Assembly (NCBI GenBank): GCA_036340075.1
Contig: JAYYZJ010000008.1
Coordinates: forward strand, 25,836-89,835
DNA length: 64,000 bases
Source of the DNA: Thermodesulfobacteriota bacterium
Lineage (GTDB): Bacteria; Desulfobacterota_D; UBA1144
Direction: 5' to 3'
Positions within the stretch are counted from its first letter, which is position 1; each line of letters begins with the position of its first letter. The position numbers and the translations under genes are program-made. A model generated the notes under the pieces. The model was not told the origin of the DNA and ran no database searches. It saw only the letters and a program-made list of their open reading frames with translations. Shown here piece by piece: positions 56,091 through 64,000 of the stretch.

Positions 56091-57290
56091 TTGAAAAAGT
56101 CAGGGTTAATTTTTAAAAACAATAAATATTTAATTCAGAATTATCAAAGATACCCGATAAGTATAGTAAAAGGGGCAGGTTCATGGGTTTATGATTCCAA
56201 GGGTAAAAAATATTTGGATTTTACTAGTGGTATAGCTGTAAACAACCTTGGACATAATAATAAAAAAATAAATTCATCAATTATTAGCCAATTAAAGAAA
56301 ATTACCCATGTTTCCAATCTATTTCTAATAGAAGAACAGATTGATTTTGCAAAAGAATTGATAAAATCTAAGCCAGGATATAAAGCTTTTTTCTGCAATA
56401 GTGGAACTGAAGCAAATGAAGCAGCAATTAAGCTAGCAAGAAAGTGGGGGATTTTTAATGGAAAAAAGAAAGTTATTATATCCGTTTCAGGGGCATTTCA
56501 TGGGAGAACACTAGGGTCTTTAAGTGCCACTAGTCCAAACAAATATAGACAAGGCTTTTATCCTTTAGTGCCAGGCTTTAAATCCGTAGAATTTAATAAT
56601 ATTAATAAGATAGAAGAAGTCGTAAGAAAAAATAAAAATATAGCTGCAATAATACTAGAGCCAATTCAAGGTGAGGCTGGTGTTAAATTCGCAGAGAAAA
56701 GTTATTTAAATAAAATTCAAAATATATGTAGAAGAAACAAAATTTTACTTATACTTGATGAAATTCAAGTTGGTTTGGGAAGAACGGGAAAATTATATTG
56801 CCATGAACATTTTAATTTAAAACCAGATATTATCTGTTTAGCCAAAGGACTGGGAGGCGGCCTTCCTTGCGGTGCAATACTTGCTAATTCAAAAATAGCA
56901 GATTTTTTGACACCAGGATCGCATGGTACAACTATGGGTGGAAACCCATTGTCTATGTCAGCTGGGCTTGCGTACTTGAGCCAAATAAACAAGAAGAGTT
57001 TTCTTAAAGAAATAGACAAGAAAGGTAAGTATTTTCTTGATGAGTTAAAAAAAATTGAGAAACATAATGCTGTGAGAGAAGTAAGAGGATTAGGTTTAAT
57101 ATTGGCTGTTGAGTTCTATTCTGATAAGGTTGCAAAACAATTTTCTCAGTTATGTATAAAAAAAGGACTTTTGGTAATACTTACAGAAAAATTTAATATT
57201 AGAATCTTACCACCTCTTAATGTTAAACTTACTGAGATAAGGAAATCAATAGAAATATTTAATTCTGTTTTTGAAGAAATAAATGAGTAA
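56091..57290 (+). CDS. argD: Acetylornithine aminotransferase
   Basis: FFCNSGTEANEAA, FHGRT, EPIQGE, DEIQVG, AKGLGGG, HGTTMGGNP. TTG start. Confidence 0.95.
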   Translation: MKKSGLIFKNNKYLIQNYQRYPISIVKGAGSWVYDSKGKKYLDFTSGIAVNNLGHNNKKINSSIISQLKKITHVSNLFLIEEQIDFAKELIKSKPGYKAFFCNSGTEANEAAIKLARKWGIFNGKKKVIISVSGAFHGRTLGSLSATSPNKYRQGFYPLVPGFKSVEFNNINKIEEVVRKNKNIAAIILEPIQGEAGVKFAEKSYLNKIQNICRRNKILLILDEIQVGLGRTGKLYCHEHFNLKPDIICLAKGLGGGLPCGAILANSKIADFLTPGSHGTTMGGNPLSMSAGLAYLSQINKKSFLKEIDKKGKYFLDELKKIEKHNAVREVRGLGLILAVEFYSDKVAKQFSQLCIKKGLLVILTEKFNIRILPPLNVKLTEIRKSIEIFNSVFEEINE

Positions 57291-58155
57291 GTCGTTAATA
57301 GTAACTTCAGATTTTACAAAAGAAGATTTAGAATCTATTTTTGATTCAGCAAAATCTTTTAAAAGTAATAAAATCAGTGAGAAACATCAAGGAAAGATTA
57401 TCGGATTATTGTTTGAAAAATTTTCAACTAGAACAAGACTTTCTTTTGAGGCAGCTATATCTAAATTAGGAGCTAACCCTATTTATATAAATAAGTCTGA
57501 TACACAAATATCAAGAGGTGAATCAATAGAAGAGACAGGAAAAATATTCTCCCTTTATCTTGATGCTTTGGTTTACAGAACATCGAACCATAAAAACTTA
57601 GAAGAATTTTCTAAATTTTCTTCAATACCAACAATTAATGCACTTTCAGATTTAGAGCACCCAACTCAAATTATTTCAGATATTTTCACAATTCAAAATG
57701 AAAATCAATCACGTAAGGAGATAAAAGATTTAAAAATAGTTTATTTAGGGGATGGTAACAATATTGCTAATTCTCTAAATTCCATTGCGGAGATCTTAGA
57801 TTTGAATTTAACTATTTGCACCCCAGTTGGATACGAACCTAAAGAGATGAAATATTGGAAGGAAGACCCATTTGAAGCGATTAGTGAAGCAGATGTTGTA
57901 TATACAGACGTTTGGACTAGTATGGGAAGCGAAGGCGAGGAAAAGAAAAGAATTAAAGATTTTAAAAATTATCAGGTAAATTCAGATTTGATAAAATTAG
58001 CTAAAAAAGATTATCTATTTATGCATTGTCTACCTGCACATATTGGAGAAGAAGTCACTCAGGAAATCATCGAATCTGCTAATTCTATAATCTATAAGCA
58101 AGCTGAAAACAAAAAATATATAGCGATGGGAATAATTGATTTTCTTTTAAGCTAG
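57283..58155 (+). CDS. argF: Ornithine carbamoyltransferase
   Basis: STRTR, HPTQ, GDGNN, DVWTSMG, HCLP, QAEN. Confidence 0.96.
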   Translation: MSKSLIVTSDFTKEDLESIFDSAKSFKSNKISEKHQGKIIGLLFEKFSTRTRLSFEAAISKLGANPIYINKSDTQISRGESIEETGKIFSLYLDALVYRTSNHKNLEEFSKFSSIPTINALSDLEHPTQIISDIFTIQNENQSRKEIKDLKIVYLGDGNNIANSLNSIAEILDLNLTICTPVGYEPKEMKYWKEDPFEAISEADVVYTDVWTSMGSEGEEKKRIKDFKNYQVNSDLIKLAKKDYLFMHCLPAHIGEEVTQEIIESANSIIYKQAENKKYIAMGIIDFLLS

Positions 58156-58158
58156 ATT

Positions 58159-59790
58159 TTAACTAAACATAGCCTTACTTCTCTTTGATTTATGAAAACC
58201 AATTGCAAAACGATGAGCCTCATCTCTTGCTTTAATTAATATATTAAGCTCATCTTGGTTGCTATTGAAGTCGACAGGTAATTTTTTATTAGGCAAATAT
58301 ATTTTGTCTCTCTCTTGTTTATTTTTAGATTTAGCAATGGAAGCAATATTAATATCACTATCTATAATTTTATGTATTTTATTCAGATGACCTTTTCCTC
58401 CATCAATAAGAAGCAGGTCGGGTTTTTCCCATCCAGACTCCCCAATTCTTTTTAATCTTCTTGATACTACTTCTTCCATCATTGCGTAATCATTCGGTCC
58501 ACGTGTCTTAATTTTAAATTTCCTATAAAGATTTTTCTCCGATTTTCCATTTATAAAGGTTACCATCGAACCGACTGAGTTTTTTCCTTGAATATTTGAT
58601 ATATCGAAGCATTCAATCCTTCTAGGAATTCTATCCAAATTCATTATCCTTTTTAAACCCTCTAATAATGAGCTAGTATCCTTTTCGGATTTGATATTCT
58701 TTTTTATATAATCATCTGCATTTTTAGTTGCTAATTCAATAAGCATATTTTTTTTACCCTTCTTTGGAGCTTCAACTTTTATCTTGCGTGAACTTATTTC
58801 TAATAAATCCTCCTTTAGTTCAGTTAAATAAATAAATTTATCAGATACTAGAACAGTATTGGGTATAGAAATTTGTTTTGAATAAAATTGGGAGATAATT
58901 TGATAAATTTCCATCTGTAGTTGTTTTGTTTTGCTTGTAAAATACAAATCAGCTTTATCTATAATATATCCTCCTCTGAGAAACAATATAATTATTTGAA
59001 CCTTATTGTTTTGAGTTTTAAAGCCTACTACATCTAAATTTCCTATTTTCTTTAATATTTGATTATCAAAAAGATTAGTAGTATTAAGTATTTCTAGTTG
59101 ATCTCTATAAAAAGCTGCTTCTTCAAATCTTTCTTGTGTAGCCATTGATTCCATATTTTTCTTAATTTTACTTCCTAATTTATTTAATTTTCCGTTGAAT
59201 ATATTTACTACAGAATCCATGTTGTCTTTATACTTCTTTTCTAATCCATTTTCGTCGCAAGGGCCTAAACATAATCCTATATTTTTAAATATACAGGCTC
59301 TAATTCTGTGTCTATTAAATTTATTATCACTACAATCTCTAATTCCAAACATTTTTTGTATTAATCTTTTAGTTTTGTATAATGCATTCGAAGACTTAAA
59401 AGGACCTAGATATATCGATTCTTGATCATCACATTTTCTGGAAATTGAAATTCTAGGATAAAGTTTGTTTATCTCTAATTTTAAAGATGCATACGTTTTA
59501 TCATCTTTCAGAAGAACATTATATTTGGGTTGTTTATTTTTTATAGCTTTATTTTCTAATATTAATGCATCCGCTTCAGTTTGAGTAGAAATAAAGTCTA
59601 AGCTATTTGCTTCTTCCATTAAAAAATCTATTTTCCCCCTTAGATTTTTTGAGCTATAAAAATAAGATTTTACACGCTTTTTTATATTTTTTGCCTTACC
59701 AATATAGATTGGCTTGTTGTCCTGATTTTTGAATATGTATATTCCAGGATTCTCCGGCAAATCAGATAATTGTTTTTTATCTATAATCAC
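58159..59790 (-). CDS. uvrC: Excinuclease ABC subunit C, lacking the C-terminal helix-hairpin-helix domain
   Basis: GIY-YIG (PGIY..YIGKA), UVR domain (ERFEEAA), RNaseH-like domain (ECFDIS, DGGKGH, RDEAHRFA), then a stop. Confidence 0.93.
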   Translation of the reverse strand: MIIDKKQLSDLPENPGIYIFKNQDNKPIYIGKAKNIKKRVKSYFYSSKNLRGKIDFLMEEANSLDFISTQTEADALILENKAIKNKQPKYNVLLKDDKTYASLKLEINKLYPRISISRKCDDQESIYLGPFKSSNALYKTKRLIQKMFGIRDCSDNKFNRHRIRACIFKNIGLCLGPCDENGLEKKYKDNMDSVVNIFNGKLNKLGSKIKKNMESMATQERFEEAAFYRDQLEILNTTNLFDNQILKKIGNLDVVGFKTQNNKVQIIILFLRGGYIIDKADLYFTSKTKQLQMEIYQIISQFYSKQISIPNTVLVSDKFIYLTELKEDLLEISSRKIKVEAPKKGKKNMLIELATKNADDYIKKNIKSEKDTSSLLEGLKRIMNLDRIPRRIECFDISNIQGKNSVGSMVTFINGKSEKNLYRKFKIKTRGPNDYAMMEEVVSRRLKRIGESGWEKPDLLLIDGGKGHLNKIHKIIDSDINIASIAKSKNKQERDKIYLPNKKLPVDFNSNQDELNILIKARDEAHRFAIGFHKSKRSKAMFS

Positions 59791-59844
59791 ATATTTATGT
59801 TAAACGATTTTATAAATTTAGAAAATCTGCTAACTTTTAATAGT

Positions 59845-60507
59845 ATGGACGAAAAGACAATAGGGAGAATAATCAGAAAAATGCAGAAATGCAGGAGAAA
59901 CAGCCCTCCTACTGCTGTAGAAAGCTTTGTTCAGCTAAATAGGAAAAAGAATCCTTTTAAGGTTTTAGTCTCCACAATAATTAGCTTAAGAACTAAAGAT
60001 GAAGTAACTTATGAATCTGCCAAGTCGTTATTCAAACTTGCTACTACACCACAACGAATGTCATCTTTAACTATAAGAGAGATACAAAAAGCAATTTATC
60101 CTTGCGGTTTCTATAAAAATAAATCAAAAGTCATAAGGAATTTATCTAAAAAAATTGAAATTGAATATAATGGAATAACTCCAGATTCAATAGATGAATT
60201 ATTGAAATTTAATGGTGTTGGAAGGAAGACTGCAAACTTAGTTGTAACATTGGGATACGATAAGCCTGGTATTTGTGTTGATACCCATGTGCATAGGATA
60301 TTCAATAGAATAGGATACGTCGAAACTAAAACTCCTGATGAAACCGAGTTTGCTCTTAGAAAGAAATTGCCCAAAAAATACTGGAAACCTATAAATTCTT
60401 TATTGGTATTTTATGGTCAAAAGATTTGCAAACCAATTTCACCATATTGTACAAAATGTGAAATAAAAAAAGACTGTAAAAGAAACGGAGTAAAAACAAA
60501 CAGATAA
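59845..60507 (+). CDS. nth: Endonuclease III
   Basis: SLRTKD, GVGRKTAN, VDTHVHR, C-x6-C-x2-C-x5-C. ATG 59845 preferred. Confidence 0.95.
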   Translation: MDEKTIGRIIRKMQKCRRNSPPTAVESFVQLNRKKNPFKVLVSTIISLRTKDEVTYESAKSLFKLATTPQRMSSLTIREIQKAIYPCGFYKNKSKVIRNLSKKIEIEYNGITPDSIDELLKFNGVGRKTANLVVTLGYDKPGICVDTHVHRIFNRIGYVETKTPDETEFALRKKLPKKYWKPINSLLVFYGQKICKPISPYCTKCEIKKDCKRNGVKTNR

Positions 60508-60550
60508 AAGCCCTAAGGTTTTATCGCTAGAGCTTTTATCATTATTTTTT
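60503..60550. terminator. Intrinsic terminator between convergent nth and glnA
   Basis: GATAAAAGC...GCTTTTATC inverted repeat (60503-60540) followed by a T tract. Confidence 0.65.
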
Positions 60551-61968
60551 TAAACACTGTAGTACATTACAAATTCAAATGGATTAGGTCGTGCACGCCA
60601 AGGTGTAATTTCCTCATCCATTTTATAATTAATGTATGCTTCAATTAAATCCTCAGTGAATACTCCACCTTCTAAAAGAAACTTGTGATCTTTCTTTAAA
60701 GCATCTAAAGCTTCATCTAGTGCTGCAGGAACAGAAGGATACCTGTTTAGCTCCCTTTCGGAGAGAGAATATATGTCTTTCTCTAATTCAGGAGTTGGCT
60801 TGATTTTATTTCTAATTCCATCGAGACCAGCCATTAAAAGAGCAGAAAAAATTAGATAGCAATTTCCAGCAGGATCTGGAAATCTGGTTTCAATTCTTTT
60901 TGCTTTAGGGCTCTCTGAATACATTGGAATTCTTATAGCAGCACTTCTATTTCTTGCTGAATGAGCAAGAATAATAGGTGCTTCATACCCAGGCACGAGT
61001 CTTTTGTATGAATTAATTGTAGAGTTTGAGAATGCACAAATTGCTCGAGCATGCTTTAAAACTCCTCCTACATAATGTAACGCAGTATCACTTAAGCCCG
61101 CGTATTTTTTTCCTGCGAATAGGGGACTTGACCCTTTCCAAATAGATTGATGAACATGCATCCCAGAGCCATTATCTACGTATACAGGTTTAGGCATAAA
61201 AGTAGCTGATTTGCCATGAAGTTTTGCAACATTTTTAACAATATATTTATACCACATAACATTATCTGCCATTTCTTTTAGCGGAGCAAATTTCATATCT
61301 ATTTCAGCTTGACCTGGACCTCCAACTTCATGATGATGACACTCAACTGTAAGACCACAGTCTTGCATAACACTAACCATTTCCGACCTTACATCTTGAT
61401 AAGTATCATTAGGCGAAGTCGGGAAATACCCTTCCTTGTATCTAATTTTATGTCCAAGATTTGGAACTTCGTCTTCTCCTGAATTCCATTCACCCTCTAC
61501 AGAGTCAACTGAATGAAATGCTTGATTTGGAGAGAACTCATATCTAACATCATCAAAAATAAAAAATTCTAATTCTGGACCAAAGAACGCTTTGTCTCCA
61601 ACACCTGTTTTTTTAAGATAATTTTCTGCTTTTGTTGCAACATATCTTGGATCTTTATCATATCTCTGTTTAGTAATAGCATCCTTAATATCACAAATTA
61701 TTGATAGAGTAGGGTGAGATGTAAATGGATCCAAAACTGCTGTAGCAGGATCAGGAATAATCAACATATCACTGTTATTTATGTCCTGCCATGCTCTAAT
61801 ACTTGAACCATCGAAACCCAAACCATCCTTAAAAACTCCTGCATCAATTTCTGAAGCAGGGAATGAAGTATGCTGCCAAGTACCTAACAAATCACAAAAT
61901 CTTAAATCTACAAATTCAACTTTTTTAGATTTTATTAGCTTCAAAACATCATTAACTTTATATCCCAT
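60550..61968 (-). CDS. glnA: Glutamine synthetase type I
   Basis: FDGSSI, HHHEV, TFMPKP..DNGSGMH, SYKRLVPGYEAP, RNRSA, RIETRFPD; adenylylation-loop Tyr in KDIYSL. Confidence 0.98.
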   Translation of the reverse strand: MGYKVNDVLKLIKSKKVEFVDLRFCDLLGTWQHTSFPASEIDAGVFKDGLGFDGSSIRAWQDINNSDMLIIPDPATAVLDPFTSHPTLSIICDIKDAITKQRYDKDPRYVATKAENYLKKTGVGDKAFFGPELEFFIFDDVRYEFSPNQAFHSVDSVEGEWNSGEDEVPNLGHKIRYKEGYFPTSPNDTYQDVRSEMVSVMQDCGLTVECHHHEVGGPGQAEIDMKFAPLKEMADNVMWYKYIVKNVAKLHGKSATFMPKPVYVDNGSGMHVHQSIWKGSSPLFAGKKYAGLSDTALHYVGGVLKHARAICAFSNSTINSYKRLVPGYEAPIILAHSARNRSAAIRIPMYSESPKAKRIETRFPDPAGNCYLIFSALLMAGLDGIRNKIKPTPELEKDIYSLSERELNRYPSVPAALDEALDALKKDHKFLLEGGVFTEDLIEAYINYKMDEEITPWRARPNPFEFVMYYSV

Positions 61969-62012
61969 GAAACACCTCCTAAATATTTCATATTGAAAAA
62001 CTATTATTTTTT

Positions 62013-62384
<372 letters not shown>

Positions 62385-62442
62385 TTATAATGATACATTT
62401 AAAAGAAATAGTACGAAAGGAACATCTCTTTTTTGTATGTAG

Positions 62443-62459
62443 TGCAAAAATCGTGCCAA
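62443..62459 (-). promoter_or_regulatory. Sigma54 (-24/-12) promoter of glnB-glnA
   Basis: The minus strand reads TTGGCACGATTTTTGCA, matching the TGGCACG-N4-TTGCA consensus, about 90 nt upstream of glnB. Confidence 0.85.
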
Positions 62460-62466
62460 AATCTTA

Positions 62467-64000
62467 CTATTTTCTAGCGCTAAATTTCAGTCCCGTTTTG
62501 GCTCTATCCCAAGTTTTGTCGTTAATTTCTTTAAGTTCTGCTACTTTAACCTTTTGGGAAGCTGTCATAGGGAATCCACCGTCAAATATCTCAATAAACC
62601 TTGGAACCATGGCGATAATAGTTTTTTCAGCCATCCAAGTGCAAAATTCAGCATGATCGTATTTTTCACCATCTTGCAATATTATGTTTAGCTTTAGTTC
62701 ATCATCTGACACATCTGGAAGCCTTACACCTACAGCTATAGCATCTTGTATTGCAGGATACTCTAAAGCTAAATCTGCTACAGCTATTGGATCAACATTT
62801 TCACCAGAAACTCTAAGACGAGAGTATCTTCCTTGGAAATAATATCTTCCATCTGTTCCAGCTGCAAAAATATCATCAGAATTAAAAAATCCATCATCAT
62901 CAAAGGCTTCTCTTGTTCTTCTTTCGTCTTTAAAATATTCGTTAAGCGTAGTGTTCGGAACCAGAGGTCTAATAAAAAGTAATCCTTTAGAACTTTCAGG
63001 GGGTGTTTTTTCTGTTTCGGGATCCCAGTGAGGCTTGATAACTTCTTCTATATTCTCAGGATTTCTAATTTCTAGATAGTATCCATCCACAGTATAACCA
63101 CATGAACCTGTTCTTTCATCTTCCGCATATTTCCATAGAGGCATACCCATCTCTGTTGAACCATAACCTTCGATTATTTTTAAAGAGAATCTTTTTTCAA
63201 ATTCTTTAAGATTCTTTGGAGCAGGTCCAGCGAGAACAAATCTTATATTATGCTTCTGGTCATACTCGCTAGGTTTGGAAGACCATAAATATTCCGATAC
63301 AGCACCTAAAAAGTTTGTTATTGTTGCTCCACAGTCATGAGCCCACTTAAAAAAGTTTGATGCAGAAAATCTAGGGAAGAAAACAGCGGTAGCTCCTGCA
63401 CCAATGGCACTAAACAAACACATAGCCTGTGCGTTTGCATGACCTAATGAAAGTACGCTCATCATAGTGTCTTCTGAGCCAACACCTTGTTGCAAATAAC
63501 TTCTCACAGTCATTATTATTCCACCGTGTTCTCTAACAACACCCTTCGGCAAACCCGTAGTTCCTGAAGTAAACATACATCTTTCTTGGTCTTTGATTAA
63601 AACTTCTACATTAGGGTTTTCACTTGAAAACTCATAAAGATTATCAAAAGGTTCGGCATCTATATTTCCAACCTTATCAGGTACATCTGATTTTTCTCCT
63701 GTTACATAAACAACTTTTAAATTCTCCAATTTGTCTGCTATCTCTTCTATAAGAGGTAGTCCTGAAGGATCTACAACCAATGCAATCATTTCTGAATAAT
63801 TTACAACATAGGATAATCTTTCCCCCTTCTCATCTTTATTTATAGGAACTTGGACTCCACCAGTTTTATGAATAGCAAGAATAGATAAAACGAATTCAGC
63901 GCAGTTAAGCATGTACATACCAACTTTGTCACCTTTCTTAACACCAACTTTATCTATCAAGCCATTTGCAACTTGATTGGCCTTTTCATTTGTTTCTTTG
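62467..64000 (-). CDS. AMP-forming acyl-CoA ligase (CaiC-like), 5' end outside the window
   Basis: FTSGTTGLPKG, EGYGSTE, FFNSDD, SGENV. The frame stays open to the window edge (KETNEKANQVANG). Confidence 0.88.
   Translation of the reverse strand, partial: KETNEKANQVANGLIDKVGVKKGDKVGMYMLNCAEFVLSILAIHKTGGVQVPINKDEKGERLSYVVNYSEMIALVVDPSGLPLIEEIADKLENLKVVYVTGEKSDVPDKVGNIDAEPFDNLYEFSSENPNVEVLIKDQERCMFTSGTTGLPKGVVREHGGIIMTVRSYLQQGVGSEDTMMSVLSLGHANAQAMCLFSAIGAGATAVFFPRFSASNFFKWAHDCGATITNFLGAVSEYLWSSKPSEYDQKHNIRFVLAGPAPKNLKEFEKRFSLKIIEGYGSTEMGMPLWKYAEDERTGSCGYTVDGYYLEIRNPENIEEVIKPHWDPETEKTPPESSKGLLFIRPLVPNTTLNEYFKDERRTREAFDDDGFFNSDDIFAAGTDGRYYFQGRYSRLRVSGENVDPIAVADLALEYPAIQDAIAVGVRLPDVSDDELKLNIILQDGEKYDHAEFCTWMAEKTIIAMVPRFIEIFDGGFPMTASQKVKVAELKEINDKTWDRAKTGLKFSARK

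Noticed and set aside
59770..59844. ORF-track start of nth at 59770
   Set aside because: It overlaps the divergent uvrC start; ATG 59845 gives a normal-length Nth.

Overview
AT-rich, very gene-dense bacterial chromosomal segment with about 70 CDS, one tRNA and many stop/start overlaps. I saw no prophage, IS or CRISPR array. It encodes: an alternative complex III operon (actABCDEF plus an uncalled 49-aa membrane ORF); ethylmalonyl-CoA pathway genes (ecm, mcl-like lyase, mcd-like dehydrogenase); an assimilatory sulfate reduction cluster (cysH, PiT/CysP, cysI/sir, cysD, cysN); biotin genes (bioD, and bioB-bioA-bioF); futalosine-pathway mqnC; a small surface-glycosylation locus; ptsH/ptsI; carD; xerC-argBDF; uvrC; nth; and glnB-glnA behind a sigma54-type promoter. 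The gene content and compactness suggest a streamlined deltaproteobacteria-like lineage such as pelagic Dadabacteria, but this is inference. The most unusual observations are: (1) BioF fused to a C-terminal domain resembling phage replication-initiator domains; (2) ActD with a roughly 260-aa PEVK-like repetitive tail; (3) CysD carrying a CC...CxxC Fe-S-type motif while the neighbouring CysH lacks it, with no APS kinase in the window; (4) a candidate three-way-junction small RNA at about 20.7 kb; (5) a Cu/Zn-SOD-fold protein missing most metal ligands; (6) a probable ATT-initiated gene; (7) UvrC without its HhH domain. All calls come from reading motifs by eye; no searches were run.
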